NCBI GenBank assembly: GCA_031835245.2
Contig: JAVKOQ020000106.1
Span: 1 to 64,000 of the forward strand
DNA from: Balamuthia mandrillaris
Lineage: Eukaryota
Reading direction: 5' to 3'
DNA: 64,000 nt
A model generated the notes under the pieces. The model had not been told where the DNA came from, searched no databases, and was given only the letters and a program-made list of their open reading frames with translations. This document shows positions 40,367 through 54,060 of the stretch, piece by piece. Position 1 is the first letter of the stretch. Every line of letters starts with the position of its first letter. The translations under genes and the position numbers were made by a program.

Positions 40367-41650
40367 TACTTGTCATGCAAATGTTCTGTGATATATCTCT
40401 CCAGACAGTCAACAACGAGAATGTCGGCGTTAAATGTTGGTAAATTATCTTTCCATGCAGGATGCGATCTAATGGTTGGCCTCAACTTGCTAATAGTTTG
40501 TTGAACAACCTCTCCTTGTTTCTCCAAAGTCACGTCCGGTGGCATTGGAAAGTCTTGTAAAAACCTGAAGAAAATGAAAATAAGCATAAATGAAGAACAA
40601 CAAGTAAAGAAGAAGAGGAAAAATATAAAGAAGAAGAAGAAGAAGAAGAAGAAGAAGAACAAGACGGAGAAGAAGAAGAAGAGGAAGAAGAAGAATATAA
40701 AGAAGAAGAGCCATAAGCAGGAGGAAAGAAGCAAGAAGCAAGAAGCAAGAAGGAAGAAGCGAAAATTAAAAAAAAAAAAGAAGACAGGAAGGAGAAAGGA
40801 GAGAAGGCCAATACTGAGAGATCTGCTGCAGAACGTCAGCAGCAGCAGGACCATTCAGCTGCTGCAAGAACTGGTTCCAGGCCACCTCCGACAGCAGCAA
40901 GGGCATGCCCTCCTCCGTCATCAACATCTGCTCGTCCTCCTTCGGCACCGCAGCAGCGGCCCAAAAGAGCTGGGTGAGGGCGGAGGGGGCCTGCGGGGCG
41001 TAGCCCTTCAACCCTTGCAGGAGGCCGTTGAGCTGCTGAGGCACGAACATGAGGGAGGCCGTCATCATGGAGGAGGAGGTGGAGAGGGCGGCATAAGGGG
41101 AGGGAAGCGGAATGAGTGGAGAATAATAGAACGCAGAGGTGACGGCTGAGGAAGAAGCAGAAGCAGAAGCAGAAGTAGCAGAAGAAGAAAGAGAAGGAGA
41201 TGCGGAGGTGAGAAGAGGAGAAGAAGAGGAGGATGAGGACAGAGATTGTGGAAGGGGAGGAGGTGGTGGTGGAGGTGGAGGTGGAGTTTGGGCTGCAAAT
41301 TGGAAAGGAAGCCATCGTCGCCAAGGAGAAGTTGAAGGAGAGGCTCCTTCTCCCCCTCCTCCTATGGTTGTTGAGGTATTTTGTGAATGGGAAAGTGGAT
41401 CCTCAGCAGAGGAGGAGGAGGGGGAGGAAAAAGAAGCTCTTGCTATAGGAATGGGTGCAGAGGTGCTCTCGTTAGAGTCCTCGTTGTTATTGTTACAATT
41501 GGCTTCTTCCTCCTCCTTGTCCTCTCCCTCTTTGTTGTCCTCCTCATAGACTTTTGTCTTGTCTTCTTCTTGCTCTCCTTCTTCGTTTTGTTGTGATAGT
41601 GGTGGGAGTGGTGGTGGGTGGCTCTCCTCCTCCTCCTCGTTGTTCCTCAT
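38893..41650 (-). CDS. VPS9-domain Rab5 guanine-nucleotide exchange factor, multi-exon
   Basis: [74 protein letters not shown]. Confidence 0.9.
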
Positions 41651-42009
41651 TTTTTTTTCCTTTAACTTCTTTTTACTTTTTTTTTGTTGTACATCTTACG
41701 TTCGATTCCCGTCGACGACATTCTTTTTTGAAGCCTAGTACGGTGGTGCACTCCCTAATAGGTTGAACGGTTAGTTTCAGCTCGCTGTGTTGTTCTACTC
41801 TCCTCTCCTCTCTCTTCTCTTCTCTTCGTCTCTTCTCTTCTCTCCACCCTGTCACTTCTCCTCTCCTCTCTCCTCTCTCCTCTCTCCTCGCTCTGTCGCT
41901 CTGTCGCTCTCTCTCTCTTCATCGTTCTCTTCCTCACAAACCAAAAGACGTTTTGTTTTGTTGTTTGTTTTTTGTTGTTTCTTTCTTTCGTTAAATACAG
42001 TAAGTGTGC

Positions 42010-43956
42010 TCAGGCAAAGAACAGATCAGTGTCAAGAAACGAAAAGGAAGAAGAGTGGGTGGCGGAGGAAGGGGAATTAGCCCCGAATTTGGTGGAGGAG
42101 AGCAGTTCAGGAGCTACCATCGCCACTTCTTCTGCAAAATTTGCTGCTGAAGATGAGGAGGAAGAAGAAGCAGAAGCAGAAGTAGTTGGAGATGAAGGAG
42201 AAGCAGCTGAAGAAGACGATGAAGGCAAAGCAGCAGGAGGAGCCATAGGGCTAGAAGAGGCGGTAGCAGAAGAGGGGGATGGTGATGGTAACTGTGGATG
42301 GGTTATGCGTGAATTGTATTCTACTTTTTTGTTGTCATTGTTGTCTTCGACATGGTGACGAGAAGGCGGAAGTTGAGGAAGAGGAGGTTGATAATAAGAG
42401 GATGTTGATTGATGTTGCCCCGGATAGTGCGAATGGAGATTTTGGTATTGATGATTCAAAGGAACGTCCTTTGCGTGATGACGATAAGAGGCAGTCGACG
42501 TTGACTCAGGAGGATAAGAATGAGAAGGTGGATGAGACGGATTTTGAGGTAGGTGGTGATGGAGATGATTGTGTTGATCTGGATACTGATGTTGATGAGA
42601 AGGTTGCGAAGGAAGACGATGTCGATGACGCGGTGGCAAGAAGTTATACACAGGAGGAGCTCCGAACGAAACCGGTTGGGGGGAGGTTTGTTGTTGTTCT
42701 TTTTCTTCTTCTTCTTCTTTTTGTTGTTGATGTTGTCGCTGTCGCTGTCGCTGTTGGCGTTGTTGTTCTTGTTCTTCTTGCAGTACTTGTTGTTGCTCCA
42801 AAGTAGGCGTTATAGTTGCCGTACTTTCAAGACGTAGTCGATGATTGCGTGGAAAGAACAACGGAGTGTTGCTGGATTCATTTTGTACAGGAAGAGGGCG
42901 ATAATGTTGACGTTGTTGTTGCTGCTGATTAACAGGAGAACAAGAAAGAGAAGGGGAAGAAGCAGTGAAAGAGAAAACTGGTGACGAGATGTTTACACTA
43001 CGATGGCGTTCTGCCAGAGCTTTCTCATAGGATTCTCTCAACGGGGTGAAGCTTTTTATACTCTGAGAGGATACCCGCATGGTCTCCATGTGTTGTGTGA
43101 GCAACGCCACGTCATCGCGTTCAAGTAGCAGGTCAGCCACCACCTGGTCGGTGAGAAGCATGGCTGTTCCTATGTAGAGGGAGGAGTGGCGCCGAGGGCG
43201 AGAGACGTGGTGGTAGGCTCTGGCGCATTGTAGGGCTTGTTGAAAAAGTCCTATCTCTTTAAAGCATTGTACCTATTGAAAGTGTTTGTGAGAAAAACAA
43301 TCCCGGAAAAAAAGGAAGAAATAGAGAAGAGGAAAAGGGAGGGAGCATCAAGAAGAGAGAAAAAGGAACCTTGTTGGCGAGGGTGGTAAGCTGCAGGAAG
43401 AGATATAATTCAGGCGGAAATTGATGTTTCATTCGGACCAATCGTTCCTCGGTGGAGGCTAACACTCCCAATAACTCCATCAGGTCGGAGTCTGGAGCAG
43501 GGCCGGCAGGGGAAGGGCCTTTACGAAGCTTTTTTATCAGAATGGCGCACAGGGAATGAAACGCAATGGACGACGCATTCAGGGCAGCTGGAGCAGAAAC
43601 AATTTGTAAGGCACCAGGTAAGAGAACGGAAAAAGTGTGAGGGTAAGAAACAAAACGAGATAGATAACTTGAATGAAAATTCTCACCTTTCCACGTGGAT
43701 GTAGGGATAGGCAGCATTGCTTCGTGGGAAGCAGTGAGATAGAGAGGGTACTGTTGCACATCCTTCCATTCAACGTAAACCTGCTCAAGCTGTTCAAGGG
43801 AAACCTGGCCATTTAAGCTCAGCAATATTTTCAGAATGAGGCAACGGAGATAGGCCGGTGTGTGCAGGCTAGTCGTATTCTTGCGGCATATCCGCATTGC
43901 CATCTCCACCATCCTATTTAACATGAACATGAACATGAAGATTAAATATCTACGAG

Positions 43957-44001
<45 letters not shown>

Positions 44002-45880
44002 AATACAAACCAAAGAGTTTGTGTGCTGCCAGGGATGCCTTCCTCCGCAAAATAGTACTGAACGATGGAAGTCAGCGTCTCAGCAACGGAATAGTCTTCG
44101 CAGTGGGGGTCCAACTTGGTAATCATGTACTGCGCTTTCATCCAAAAGTGCTTCGCGGTTACATCGTGGCCAAGCGTGGATGCAGCTGCAAAACGAAGCT
44201 AATCAGAAAGACGACGGAGAGATAACAGAGGAAGAGAGGAGAGAGGAAGACGAGAACACGAATGAAATGAAAGAAAGACAAACCGAGAGCAAGCATGACA
44301 TAAGCACTTAGCACCAAGGGTACGTCTTGCAAGGTATGATCCTCCAAATGAGTGGTGAGCGCAAACCTAAGGTTGCCCTGATCAGCAGCGGCAGGGTCCA
44401 TGCTCGTGTAGTAAAACAGCCTCTTGAAGTAAAAGTCTCGATAGTGCCAACACTGCGAGAAGAAATGGAGATGACTATCATCGTTCCACAGTTGCGGAGG
44501 GCCAGTGCTTTGCAAGAAGGAGATGCATTGTTGTGCAAGGTGAGAGGGCCAGCGGGGTGAGGTGACATGAGGACGATGACGGCGATGTTGGTGGTGGAAA
44601 CTGTGTCCTCCTCTTGAACGAGTTAAACCCAACATCAGTGCATCATTGCTCGCTTCCATTCTGCTTCTTTTATGGCATCCACCTTCTACTTCCTCTTCTT
44701 GTTCTTCGTGTTCCTTTCCATTATAATGACTGTAGTAGCGCTCTCCTCGCGGCGTTATTTGCTGATCTCCCCTTGATGCTGGTTCATATATCGGTTGTCG
44801 CTGAACGTTAAAATAGCTTTCTTCTATTTCGCTATTGCTCTCTCTTCCATCTTGCCGCTCTTCCGCTTCTCCGCCTTCTTGTGGAGTGAATCTCTCTTTC
44901 AAGATAACCCCTTCTTCTTTCTGTTGTAGGGAGGCTTGATGGTGGAGCTGTAGGGATGGATAATCATAACTGTCACGTATGCTGTGTTGCTGTGGATGAT
45001 AACAAGGAGCTTGCGCCTGTTGGGGATGAAGAGAAGAGGAATGATCCTGAGAGGGAGGATGGGGGGTTGTCCCTGTTTCATGAATGCTGGTATGTGTCAT
45101 CTGAGAAGATAGAGGAGGAGTTGGACTAGGAGACCGTCGTTTCCTACTCTCTTGTCGTCGTGGCTGCAGTAGCTGAGGAGGAGAGGAAGTGGGAGAGGAG
45201 AAGGAGGAAGAACTAGGGGGAGAAGGAACAGCAGAAGTACAGGAGGAAATTGCGGGAGGAGAAGAAGACGGCGGGGAGGGCGCGGAAGAAGAAGAAGTGG
45301 AGGAGAGGTCATCCGACTGGGCCAGCAGGCCCAGAAGAAATGCCACTCTGTCCCGTTTCTCGGGGACGGGCAGCTCCTCGTTTTGCATGTATTCCCCAAG
45401 GCAGGAGACCAACGTCTCCTGAAAGTCCGTTAGCGGCTTGGAAGAGGGTGGCTGTTCTGCCCCGCTTTTGGCCGCTGTTGTGTTTGTGGCCGCAGGAGAA
45501 GAAGCTGCGAGCAGAGTGTCCGCTTGTTGGGAACGGGAGGAAGCGAGAGATGAAGAGAGAAAAGGGCTCGAGGCAGGAGCAGGGACATACGGCAGGCTTG
45601 GGTCCACCTGAGGTCGAAAAAACATATTGTGTAGCGGGTTCTCCTGGTCCAAAGAGGTGAAGTGATTTGCGTGCTGCGGTTGTTGTGCGGTAGAGGCGAG
45701 CGATGAGGAAGATGTGGTGGTGGTGGAGGTGGAGGGCGGTGGGGGTTCGCCGGGCTTTGTTGTTGATGCTGCCTCGCCGCTTCCCCCAGCACCACTTCTC
45801 AGGGCCTTGCCCCGTTCATCCTGGGGAGAGCTTCGCACAGCGAACTCAAATAATTTCTCCACGGGGATCCCCACAAACAT
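42010..45880 (-). CDS. Large hypothetical protein with low-complexity termini and a central helical domain, multi-exon
   Basis: Long ORFs 44159-45880, 43259-44050 and 42010-43161 linked by GT-AG introns. No family recognised. Confidence 0.6.
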
Positions 45881-46625
45881 CCTTGTTGTGTTCCTCTGGT
45901 TGGGGGATCTTTTCGCTTTTGTTTTTTTTTTTTGTGGGTTGTCTGACGATGGGGAAAAAAAAGTAATAAAGAGGGGGATGCCTTGCTACAGTGGATGCTC
46001 CTCCTGGGAAAGGGGGTGAAACTTTCGTTGGGCAGACACGAGGGCTTGATGAATGAAAAAAAAAAATAAAACACCCAACAACAAGATCCTTCCGCGTACG
46101 TTTGAGAAGCTTTCTGCTTTCTCCCTCTCTCTCTCTCCGAAACGTTCCTCTCTGTCCCCCAATTTTTTTCAACAACAAGAAAAGGAAGGCCTTCCCGCAG
46201 CGCGAACGTTGCTGACCCGTTTCCCCGCGGCTCTGTTCCCCGCAACCCTTTTTCTGCTTTTTTCTGAGATCTACCAGAAAGGAAATTTAAATCTTTCCTT
46301 TTGTCACCTAGGTTTCTGGATAGGCCAATGCGGTGAGTTTCTCAATCACTGGCCATTTAGATCGATATCACGGAGTAATGTCGCTCAAATAGGAGCTGAT
46401 CTGCCTTCAAAGAAATGCTGTGATCCATCGCTCCCATTGGGTGATGGGTTGAGAATAATTACCTTAAAGTGATAAATCTCAACGGTGGAGATGACAGCAA
46501 ACCACTCAGTGCAACTTGTTAAAAACTTTTTGTGGTGCCACGTCAGGTTCTCCATGGGTTTGCAGCTTTCGAGCAGCCATCCTTCACGCTTGAAAAACTG
46601 AGTAGTGGAGTGGAGGAGGGCAAGC

Positions 46626-48252
46626 ATGTGGAGCGAAACAACAGCGAGAGAGGACGGGGAGCGAAAGCGGACGCTCTCTCGCTTGCTGGCCCTCAACAGG
46701 GAGAGCTACCACATCGAGTATCATGGCTACCTGTCCAACCACATGTCGCATGGCCTGGTGGCCCTCTATAAGCTCGGAGGTTTGCTCGCCTTCTTTGTGT
46801 GCTTTGCCCCTTTCACACGCACCCTCCCTCCTAGATCTCTCTCTCTCTCTCTCTCTCACTCTCACGAACACCCCTTCTTGGTGTGCTTTGTCCCTTTGCT
46901 CACACTCACACACTCTCTCACTCTCACTCTCACTCTCTCTCTCTCTCTCTCACTCACTCTCTATTTGCTCTTGTTTTGTGGACATAGCTCCCAAAGCACG
47001 TCTGGAAGAGTTCTTTGAGATGTACGCCCAAAAGTTGGACCCAAGCATACCTTCCACCTCGTTCGTCCACCAAAACAACTGGAGGGACTGTGTTGGCCAC
47101 AAGAAGTTCGTTATGCACGCATGCTATTCCATTGTGTCCATTGTTTTGTGTTCACTTACGTTTGCTTTGTGGAATAGGTACTACACTGACTTCATCGAGT
47201 TCTTTTATGACCAGATAAAGCAAAAAGGCTCCAACGCTGTTGTACGTCCTTCTTCCCTGTGTTCTCACTCTCTTCTTGCTCTTCCTCTTCACTTTGCCTC
47301 GTTTTCCTCTGTCCTTGTTTCTTCCTTTTTTTTTGCTTCTTGTTGTTCGTTATTTCCATTTATTTAACAAAACAAAAACGATATACAGATAAACGAGTAC
47401 GTGCCATTTCTCTTGAAAGGCCTGATAGGATCGGCCTTTCATGGTCTCATTCAACTGGGATATGCCCTAGAAGCAGCCGATGACATTGATGACGAAGATG
47501 CCAACGACCACAACATCGCTGAAGGCATCGCTTACATTGCCTATTGCTTTAAGTCATGCGGTCAAGTCCAACTTAACGCTCAAACGGGTCAATCATCCTC
47601 TCGTCGCTCCAACCCGTTCATGCTCCTGACAGAACTACAATCTGATCCTATGTTTGATGACTTGTTCTCCAAGGAAGAAGCATCCTTGGGTTTCCAGTCA
47701 CGAGTCAGACGGATCACCCAAGAGAGCTATCAACAATACCTTCGCAAGTACGACCTCGAGTTGCCTGCTGCCTTGACCGATGAGTCAGAGACAGCGGAAG
47801 AAGAGCTCCTTCAGCTCTTCTCCACTACTGTGCTAAAGGTCTTTGCCTCTGAAGGTTGCCAGCAGTTCTTCCTTCTGCACTTGGTAACCGCCATGAGAGC
47901 CCTCAAGCGTGTGGTGCAGCAGTTGAAGCAGCATCAGGATAAGCTCTTGGCTTTCCTGTACTTTTGGAGAGCCTGCGTCTGTGCTTATATCGCTGTGGAC
48001 AGGCCAACAGTGGCGGATGTAAGCGACACGGGCGCCGAGTATGTGGGCCAGCTCGATGCGGAGGAGGACGAGGAGGAGCAGTGGGCGGAGCTCATTCAGA
48101 AAGTGATCCAAAGTGACGATGAGCACTTGATCAAGCTGGTGTTTGTGTGCAAGACGGAGAGCGAGGAAACGGGCTCTCACGAGGTGTTGTACCGACACAC
48201 TGCCCTGGTTGCCCACAAACGCTTCGAGGCTCGCGGTGGATGGGAGTTCTGA
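46626..48252 (+). CDS. Questin oxidase family / DUF4243 (HypA-like) oxidoreductase, 4 exons
   Basis: GYLSNHMSHGLVALYKLG; GLIGSAFHGLIQLGYALE; FFLLHLVTAMRAL; DDEHLIKLV. Confidence 0.85.
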
Positions 48253-48309
48253 CGCTCCATGCGGTGGCCCCTATTCTTCCCCCAGCCTTTCTTCTTTTGT
48301 AAATAAAAA

Positions 48310-48410
48310 TGACATCAACACATACCTGATAAGGGAATTGTGACGTCGACTGCTCGCGGAAAAAGGAAAAGTGACGTCATATCATACTGGATAAGGGAAT
48401 TTTGACGTCA
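48310..48410. promoter_or_regulatory. Cluster of TGACGTC(A) elements, including a 20-bp direct repeat, upstream of the mannosidase
   Basis: GATAAGGGAATT(G/T)TGACGTC at 48328 and 48390; TGACGTCA at 48372; TGACATCA at 48310. Confidence 0.55.
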
Positions 48411-48475
48411 CCTTTCAAAAACTTTTCGTGGGCCGCTAAGAAAAAGAGAGAGCGAAAGGGAGAGAGAGAAAGCAA

Positions 48476-51400
48476 ATGAAAGGAAGTGGTAGTAGTGCTG
48501 TTGGCGGTGGTTCCCCTTCCTATTCCTCTGTTGCTGCGCCTCCAGGAAGCCTGATGCAGAAACACGACGACATCACGCTGGAGCGACTGGACAAATTCGT
48601 GTCCAAGATCTACTTCACGGACGTGAACCTTTGGGGCAAGCTCTATGGGGCCAGGAGCCAAAGCGCCGTCACTCTGACCACCTGGGCGGCCCCCGATCTG
48701 GAACGAAAGAAACCAGGTTTGTTTTCATTTTTTTCAACCACTTCTTTCTTTCTGCTGAGCAAATATTGCAAAACTTTTTTCAAAACAAAAAAGATGAGAC
48801 TGCTACCTGGAAGCCCACGCAAGTAGGTGCCCAATTTGGACCTTCTTGGAGCACTCACTGGTTTCGAGTGGAGGTTTGATGGTTTTATTTATGGTTGGTG
48901 TGTGGTTCGCGTTTAAACAAACAAACGAACAAAAAAAAAGGTGGAGGTACCAGAGGAATGGGAAGGCAAGGAGGTCCATTTCCTGTGGGACTCTGATAGC
49001 GAGGCATGCGTGTGGGAAGATGACGTGCCCACCCAAGGGCTCACGGGAGGAGATGGTCAGTCTTGCTTTCTTGTTGGTGTCGTTGTCGTTTTGGTTGTTT
49101 GTGGTGGTTCTTCTTGTTCTTGTTCTTTGTCACTTTCAATGATGCATAATGACGGGTTCTCAGGTGTGGACAGACGCGCAGAGTACATCCTGACGAAGCG
49201 CTTGGACAAGAATCACCGTCATTTCTCTTTCCAAGTTGAAATGGCATGCAACGGGATGTTTGGTTCGCTTGCTTCTCTTCTTCTTTCTATCTTCTCTGTT
49301 CTTCGCCATTCTCCATTCTGTTTCCAGTGTGCCCTGCTCTTCTTTGTTCATCCTCTCTTGTCGTTGCCTTTCTTCCAAGCCACCAGCTTTTTTCGAAAAA
49401 ACAACTAAACAACAAAAAAACAACAAAAAAACAACAAACAGGAAATGGAGTAGGAGGAATGATAGCTGCGCCGAGGGACGACCGCTATTTTACGCTTAAA
49501 AAAGCAGAAGTAGTGGTCTTCAATCGCAATGTATGGGAACTGTTGTGGGACTTCATCACCATAGCTGACATGGCTAAGGTTTGATATTTTTGTTTGCTGT
49601 TAATATTTTGGTTATTATTCGATTACAAAACAAGCTTTGCCCATAGCATTTGCCGAAGAATGACACGCGTGCAGCTCAAGCCTTGTGGACTGCCAACCAA
49701 ATGGTGAGTTAAGCATTTGAAATACTATTCATAGTCGCCAAAACAAAAGCTCGATGAGAGAAGAAGAACGTGTGTTTAAAAAGGAAGGAAGATCAACTCA
49801 CAATGTTATTTGTAATAATTAGGTCAACACGTGCTTCCCAGATGATGAATCTACGTACGCTCCTACCAGAGCTATTGCCAGAGAATTCTTTGCTGCTCGC
49901 AACGGTGATTCTGTTCATCAAATCTCGGCCATTGGACATTGCCACATCGATACAGGTAATTTTATCCCTAGCAATACCTTCTGTTTATTAGCTCGTTAAA
50001 GCATTCGAGCTAACGTTATGGTTAAGCGTGGTTGTGGCCGTATGCCGAGACCAAGAGGAAGATAGCTCGCAGTTGGGCCACTCAAATCCGTTATATGGAC
50101 ATGGAAGAATATCCAGAATATAAATTTGTGGCTTCTCAGGTTCTTTCATTCATTATTTTCTTATTTTTAGCACAGCATAATTCAAAGATTTAACACCTCT
50201 TTTTGTTACTGTCACAGGCTCAGCAGCATGCATGGTTAAAGGAAGAATATCCTGAATTGTTCGAAAGAATTAAGCAAAAGATTAGCCAGGGTTCCTTTGT
50301 GCCTACTGGTGGAAGCTGGGTTGAAATGGTTCTCTCTCTCTCTCTCCTTATAAAATCTTTTCAACTTCTTTATTCCATCTGCGCAAGATGAAAACTCACT
50401 CTTCGTTTTAGGATTGTAATATTCCTTCCGGAGAATCTTTTGTGCGTCAGTTCCTATTCGGGCAACGCTTTTTTAAGCAAGAATATGGCAGCTATTGCAC
50501 TGAATTTTGGCTGCCTGATACTTTCGGCTACTCTGCTCAGTTGCCTCAGCTCATTCGCGGTGCTGGCATGGCGTTCTTTCTTACCCAAAAGTTATCGTGG
50601 AACCTCATCAACAAGTACTTTTATATATCCGTGCTTTCGTCTCTCTTCTTTCTTCTTGCTTCTTTCCTTCATCTTTCTTCTTCGTTCCTCCTGTTTTTTT
50701 AAACGCCGCAATTCTCTTTTTCTTTCTTCATACAGATTCCCTCATCATACGTTTCATTGGGAGGGCATTGATGGAAGTAAGGTGTTAGCCCACTTCCCAC
50801 CAGCTGATACCTACAATGGCAATTGCAGCGTTGAAGAAACCCTAAAAGCCGTTCAGCGCTTCAAAGATGCTGCCCGCAGCAGTTACTCTCTGTCAGTGTA
50901 CGGCCATGGAGATGGTGGTGGAGGACCACAGATGGAAATGTTGGAGAGGGTGAAGCGCATGCAAAACGTGGATGGTCTGCCGGTGGTCAAACCAGAGACA
51001 CCGTACCAGTTCTTCAAGAAGGCGGAACGTGATCAGCATAAGCTGATTACTTGGGTCGGCGAGTTGGTATGATGTCTATTTCTTCTTCTTTTATGTTATC
51101 AAATTTAACATTCTTCTGCTTCACTAGTATTTCGAGTTGCATCAAGGCACGTATACGAGCCAGGCAGCCAATAAAAAAGGTAACAGAAAAAGCGAATTCC
51201 TGTTGCACAATATCGAATTCTTGGGCAGTGTCTTGGCCAGTATCAATGGCGGCGACTGGAAAGCTGCCCATTATCCTCAACAAGAACTGGAATATCTTTG
51301 GAAACTTGTTTTGTTGTATGTTTCTTTTCTTTTCTTTTCTCTTCTGTTTTTTTTGTTATTTATTTGTGGTGTGGACTAAACTATTTATTTTAAATATAAC

Positions 51401-52656
51401 AGAGACCAATTCCACGACGTCCTTCCAGGAACCTCCATTCCTCAAGTATTCGAAGATACAGCTCAACATTACGCCGAAATCAAAGAAAGTAGCAATCGAT
51501 TGATTGACTCCTTGTGTCATCAGCTCTCTGATCAACTCTCTCAAGCAAACGAAGACGAGAAGAAGAAAACCGGCGAAGAGAACTCCATTCTGTGCATCAA
51601 CACCACCAACTTTGACAGAGTAGAAGTTGTGGAAGTTCCTTTCTTGCACCAAGAAAAGAACAAATTCGTTCAACTCTCTCATAAAGGCAATGGCCTACTC
51701 ATTGCTCAAGCACCTTCTTATGGAGTTAGCATCCAAACCTTGACCGCTGCTTCTTCTTCCTCACCAAAAAGCGTGGACGTTGTGGAAACTCAAGTTCAGA
51801 TTGAAGGCAAGAACAGCAAAGCATTTGTGATGGAGAATGATGCGGTGCGCGTGACCGTTCTAGAGGATGGCAGCATCTATTCTATCGTTGACAAGCGTTG
51901 CTTTGGTGGACAAGGCAGAGAAGTGGTGGACAAAAAGAAAGGAAAAGCTAATTCCTTTGTGCTGTTTGATGATGTGCCCTTCTATTGGGATGCCTGGGAC
52001 GTTATGGTCTATCACACTCAGAAGCGTCATCCATGTATCCTTGACGCAGAAGCTTCTGTTCGTATCTCTCTACCTTGTTCTATCTGGTTGCTTCTATCTT
52101 TTTAAACTCACAAACCCTCGGTTTGCAAAAGATTGTTGAACGAGGCCCACTTAGAGCCAGGGTACATGTGAAGTTGCAACTCACAAAGACGAGCACTTTG
52201 GAGCAATACATCAGCTTAACAGCCAATTCTGCTAGAATCGATTTTGAGACATCGGTAGATTGGCATGAAAATCGCAAGTTTTTAAAGGTTAGTTCCCTTC
52301 TCTCCTCTCCTCTCTTTCATTCTTTTCTGCTTTTATTTTAACCTTTGTTTATCAGGTGGAGTTTCCATTGAACGTAAGAGCACCAACTGCTTCCTATGAA
52401 ATCCAGTTTGGTCACTTGCAAAGACCAACGCATTCCAACACTTCTTGGGACATGGGTAACCACCTGCTTTATTTCCTTGGCATTTCTGTTTCAGTTTCAG
52501 GTCTCATAATTTCTGTTATAATCGTTTGTGCCAACAAAACAACAGCAAAGTTTGAAGTCTGTGGTCATAAATGGGCTGATCTTTCAGAGCATGGCTATGG
52601 TGTAGCCATTCTTAATGACTGTAAATACGGTTACGCATGTCAAGGTACTCTCTCCT

Positions 52657-52690
<34 letters not shown>

Positions 52691-53326
52691 GCTCTCTGAA
52701 CATCAACATGGTTATTCCAACAAACAGAAAACGTGATGAGACTGTCATTGTTACGAGCCCCCAAACAACCGGATCCAACCTGCGATATGGGCCAACACCA
52801 ATTCAACTATGCCATCTACCCGCACCAGGGGACATTGCAGAGCGGCCGAGTCATCGAAGAGGGATACAAGTTCAACGTCCCACTGCTGCTTGTGCCAACC
52901 TCTTCTTCGCTTGCGACGGTGGGGAGCATGAAAAGCTTCTTCTCGACGGAAGATTCGGCTGCTATCATTGAGACTGTGAAAAAGGCTGAAGATTCGAATG
53001 ATATCATCTTGAGAATTTATGAGGTACTTTGTTTGCTTTTCCTTTCGTTTTCATGTCTTCATTTTTGGTGATTTTTTGAGATACCCATGTTTCTTCGACT
53101 TGAGAGAGAATGATCTGTTGACTTGTCTTCTGCAAACCAGGCATTCGGCGGCCATTGCGTGACGAAGTTACGCAGCTGCTTGTCGGTTGGCCAAGTCAAA
53201 CGATGCAACCTGTTGGAGGAGGAGGAGGAGGATGCCAGCCTCCCGTTATCCTGGCAGGACGGATCCGTACTTGTCCCCTTGTCACCGTTCCAAGTGCTGA
53301 CCCTTCGGCTCTCTCTCCTGGAATGA
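48476..53326 (+). CDS. MAN2C1: Cytosolic alpha-mannosidase (GH38, MAN2C1/Ams1 type), many exons
   Basis: [129 protein letters not shown]. Confidence 0.96.
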
Positions 53327-54060
53327 GAACTGTAAGCCCGCAGGGGGTGTCAGACCAAACCAAAAGATAAACACGTCACGCTATTTCCCCTTTGTCTGTC
53401 TCCTGTGGGAAAACACACACCACCAGGGGAGGATGAAGAAAAAAAAACAGCCAAGAGGCTCTGTAACGACTCCCTTTTTAGTGCAACGGTCAAAAATGGT
53501 GTGTGGTTTGATGGGTTGCGTTTCCTATGAGTTGTACCAGAAAGGATCAAACATGGGAACGTTGAATTTCAACTTGGCAGTTGTATCGGCGACCTGACCA
53601 ACCCGCAGAAGCACCCAGATTGTGTTTTCCCTTTTTCCGACCTACCGTTATGATCTTGCCACATGAGTTTTCCTCAGGTTCTACGCGGAACAAGTTGTCC
53701 TTAATTGTCGTTGATCCGCAAATTTAAACCGGTTTAGGCGAATTCGAAAATAAAAAGAGGGGGTGGGTTGCTAGGGGGAGCCAGCAAGGAGAAGGAACGA
53801 AGAAGAAAGTTAAAAAAGTGAAAAGAACAGAAAGGAAGAAGAAGGGTGGATTAACGCGAACGCAGACTTTGACTGCCGTGTTTTTTTTAAATACTATTCT
53901 CAGGCAACGAGGGGGTTCCTTGATACTTTTATTTATTTGCTGGTGTGCCCATTTTTGTTTTTTTATTTTCGTTTTTATTTATTTTTTTTCAAAGTTTTGT
54001 GTCAACAAAAAAAAAGGGTCATCAACTTTCTTCACCACGCTGCAGAGGAAGGAAGAAGAC

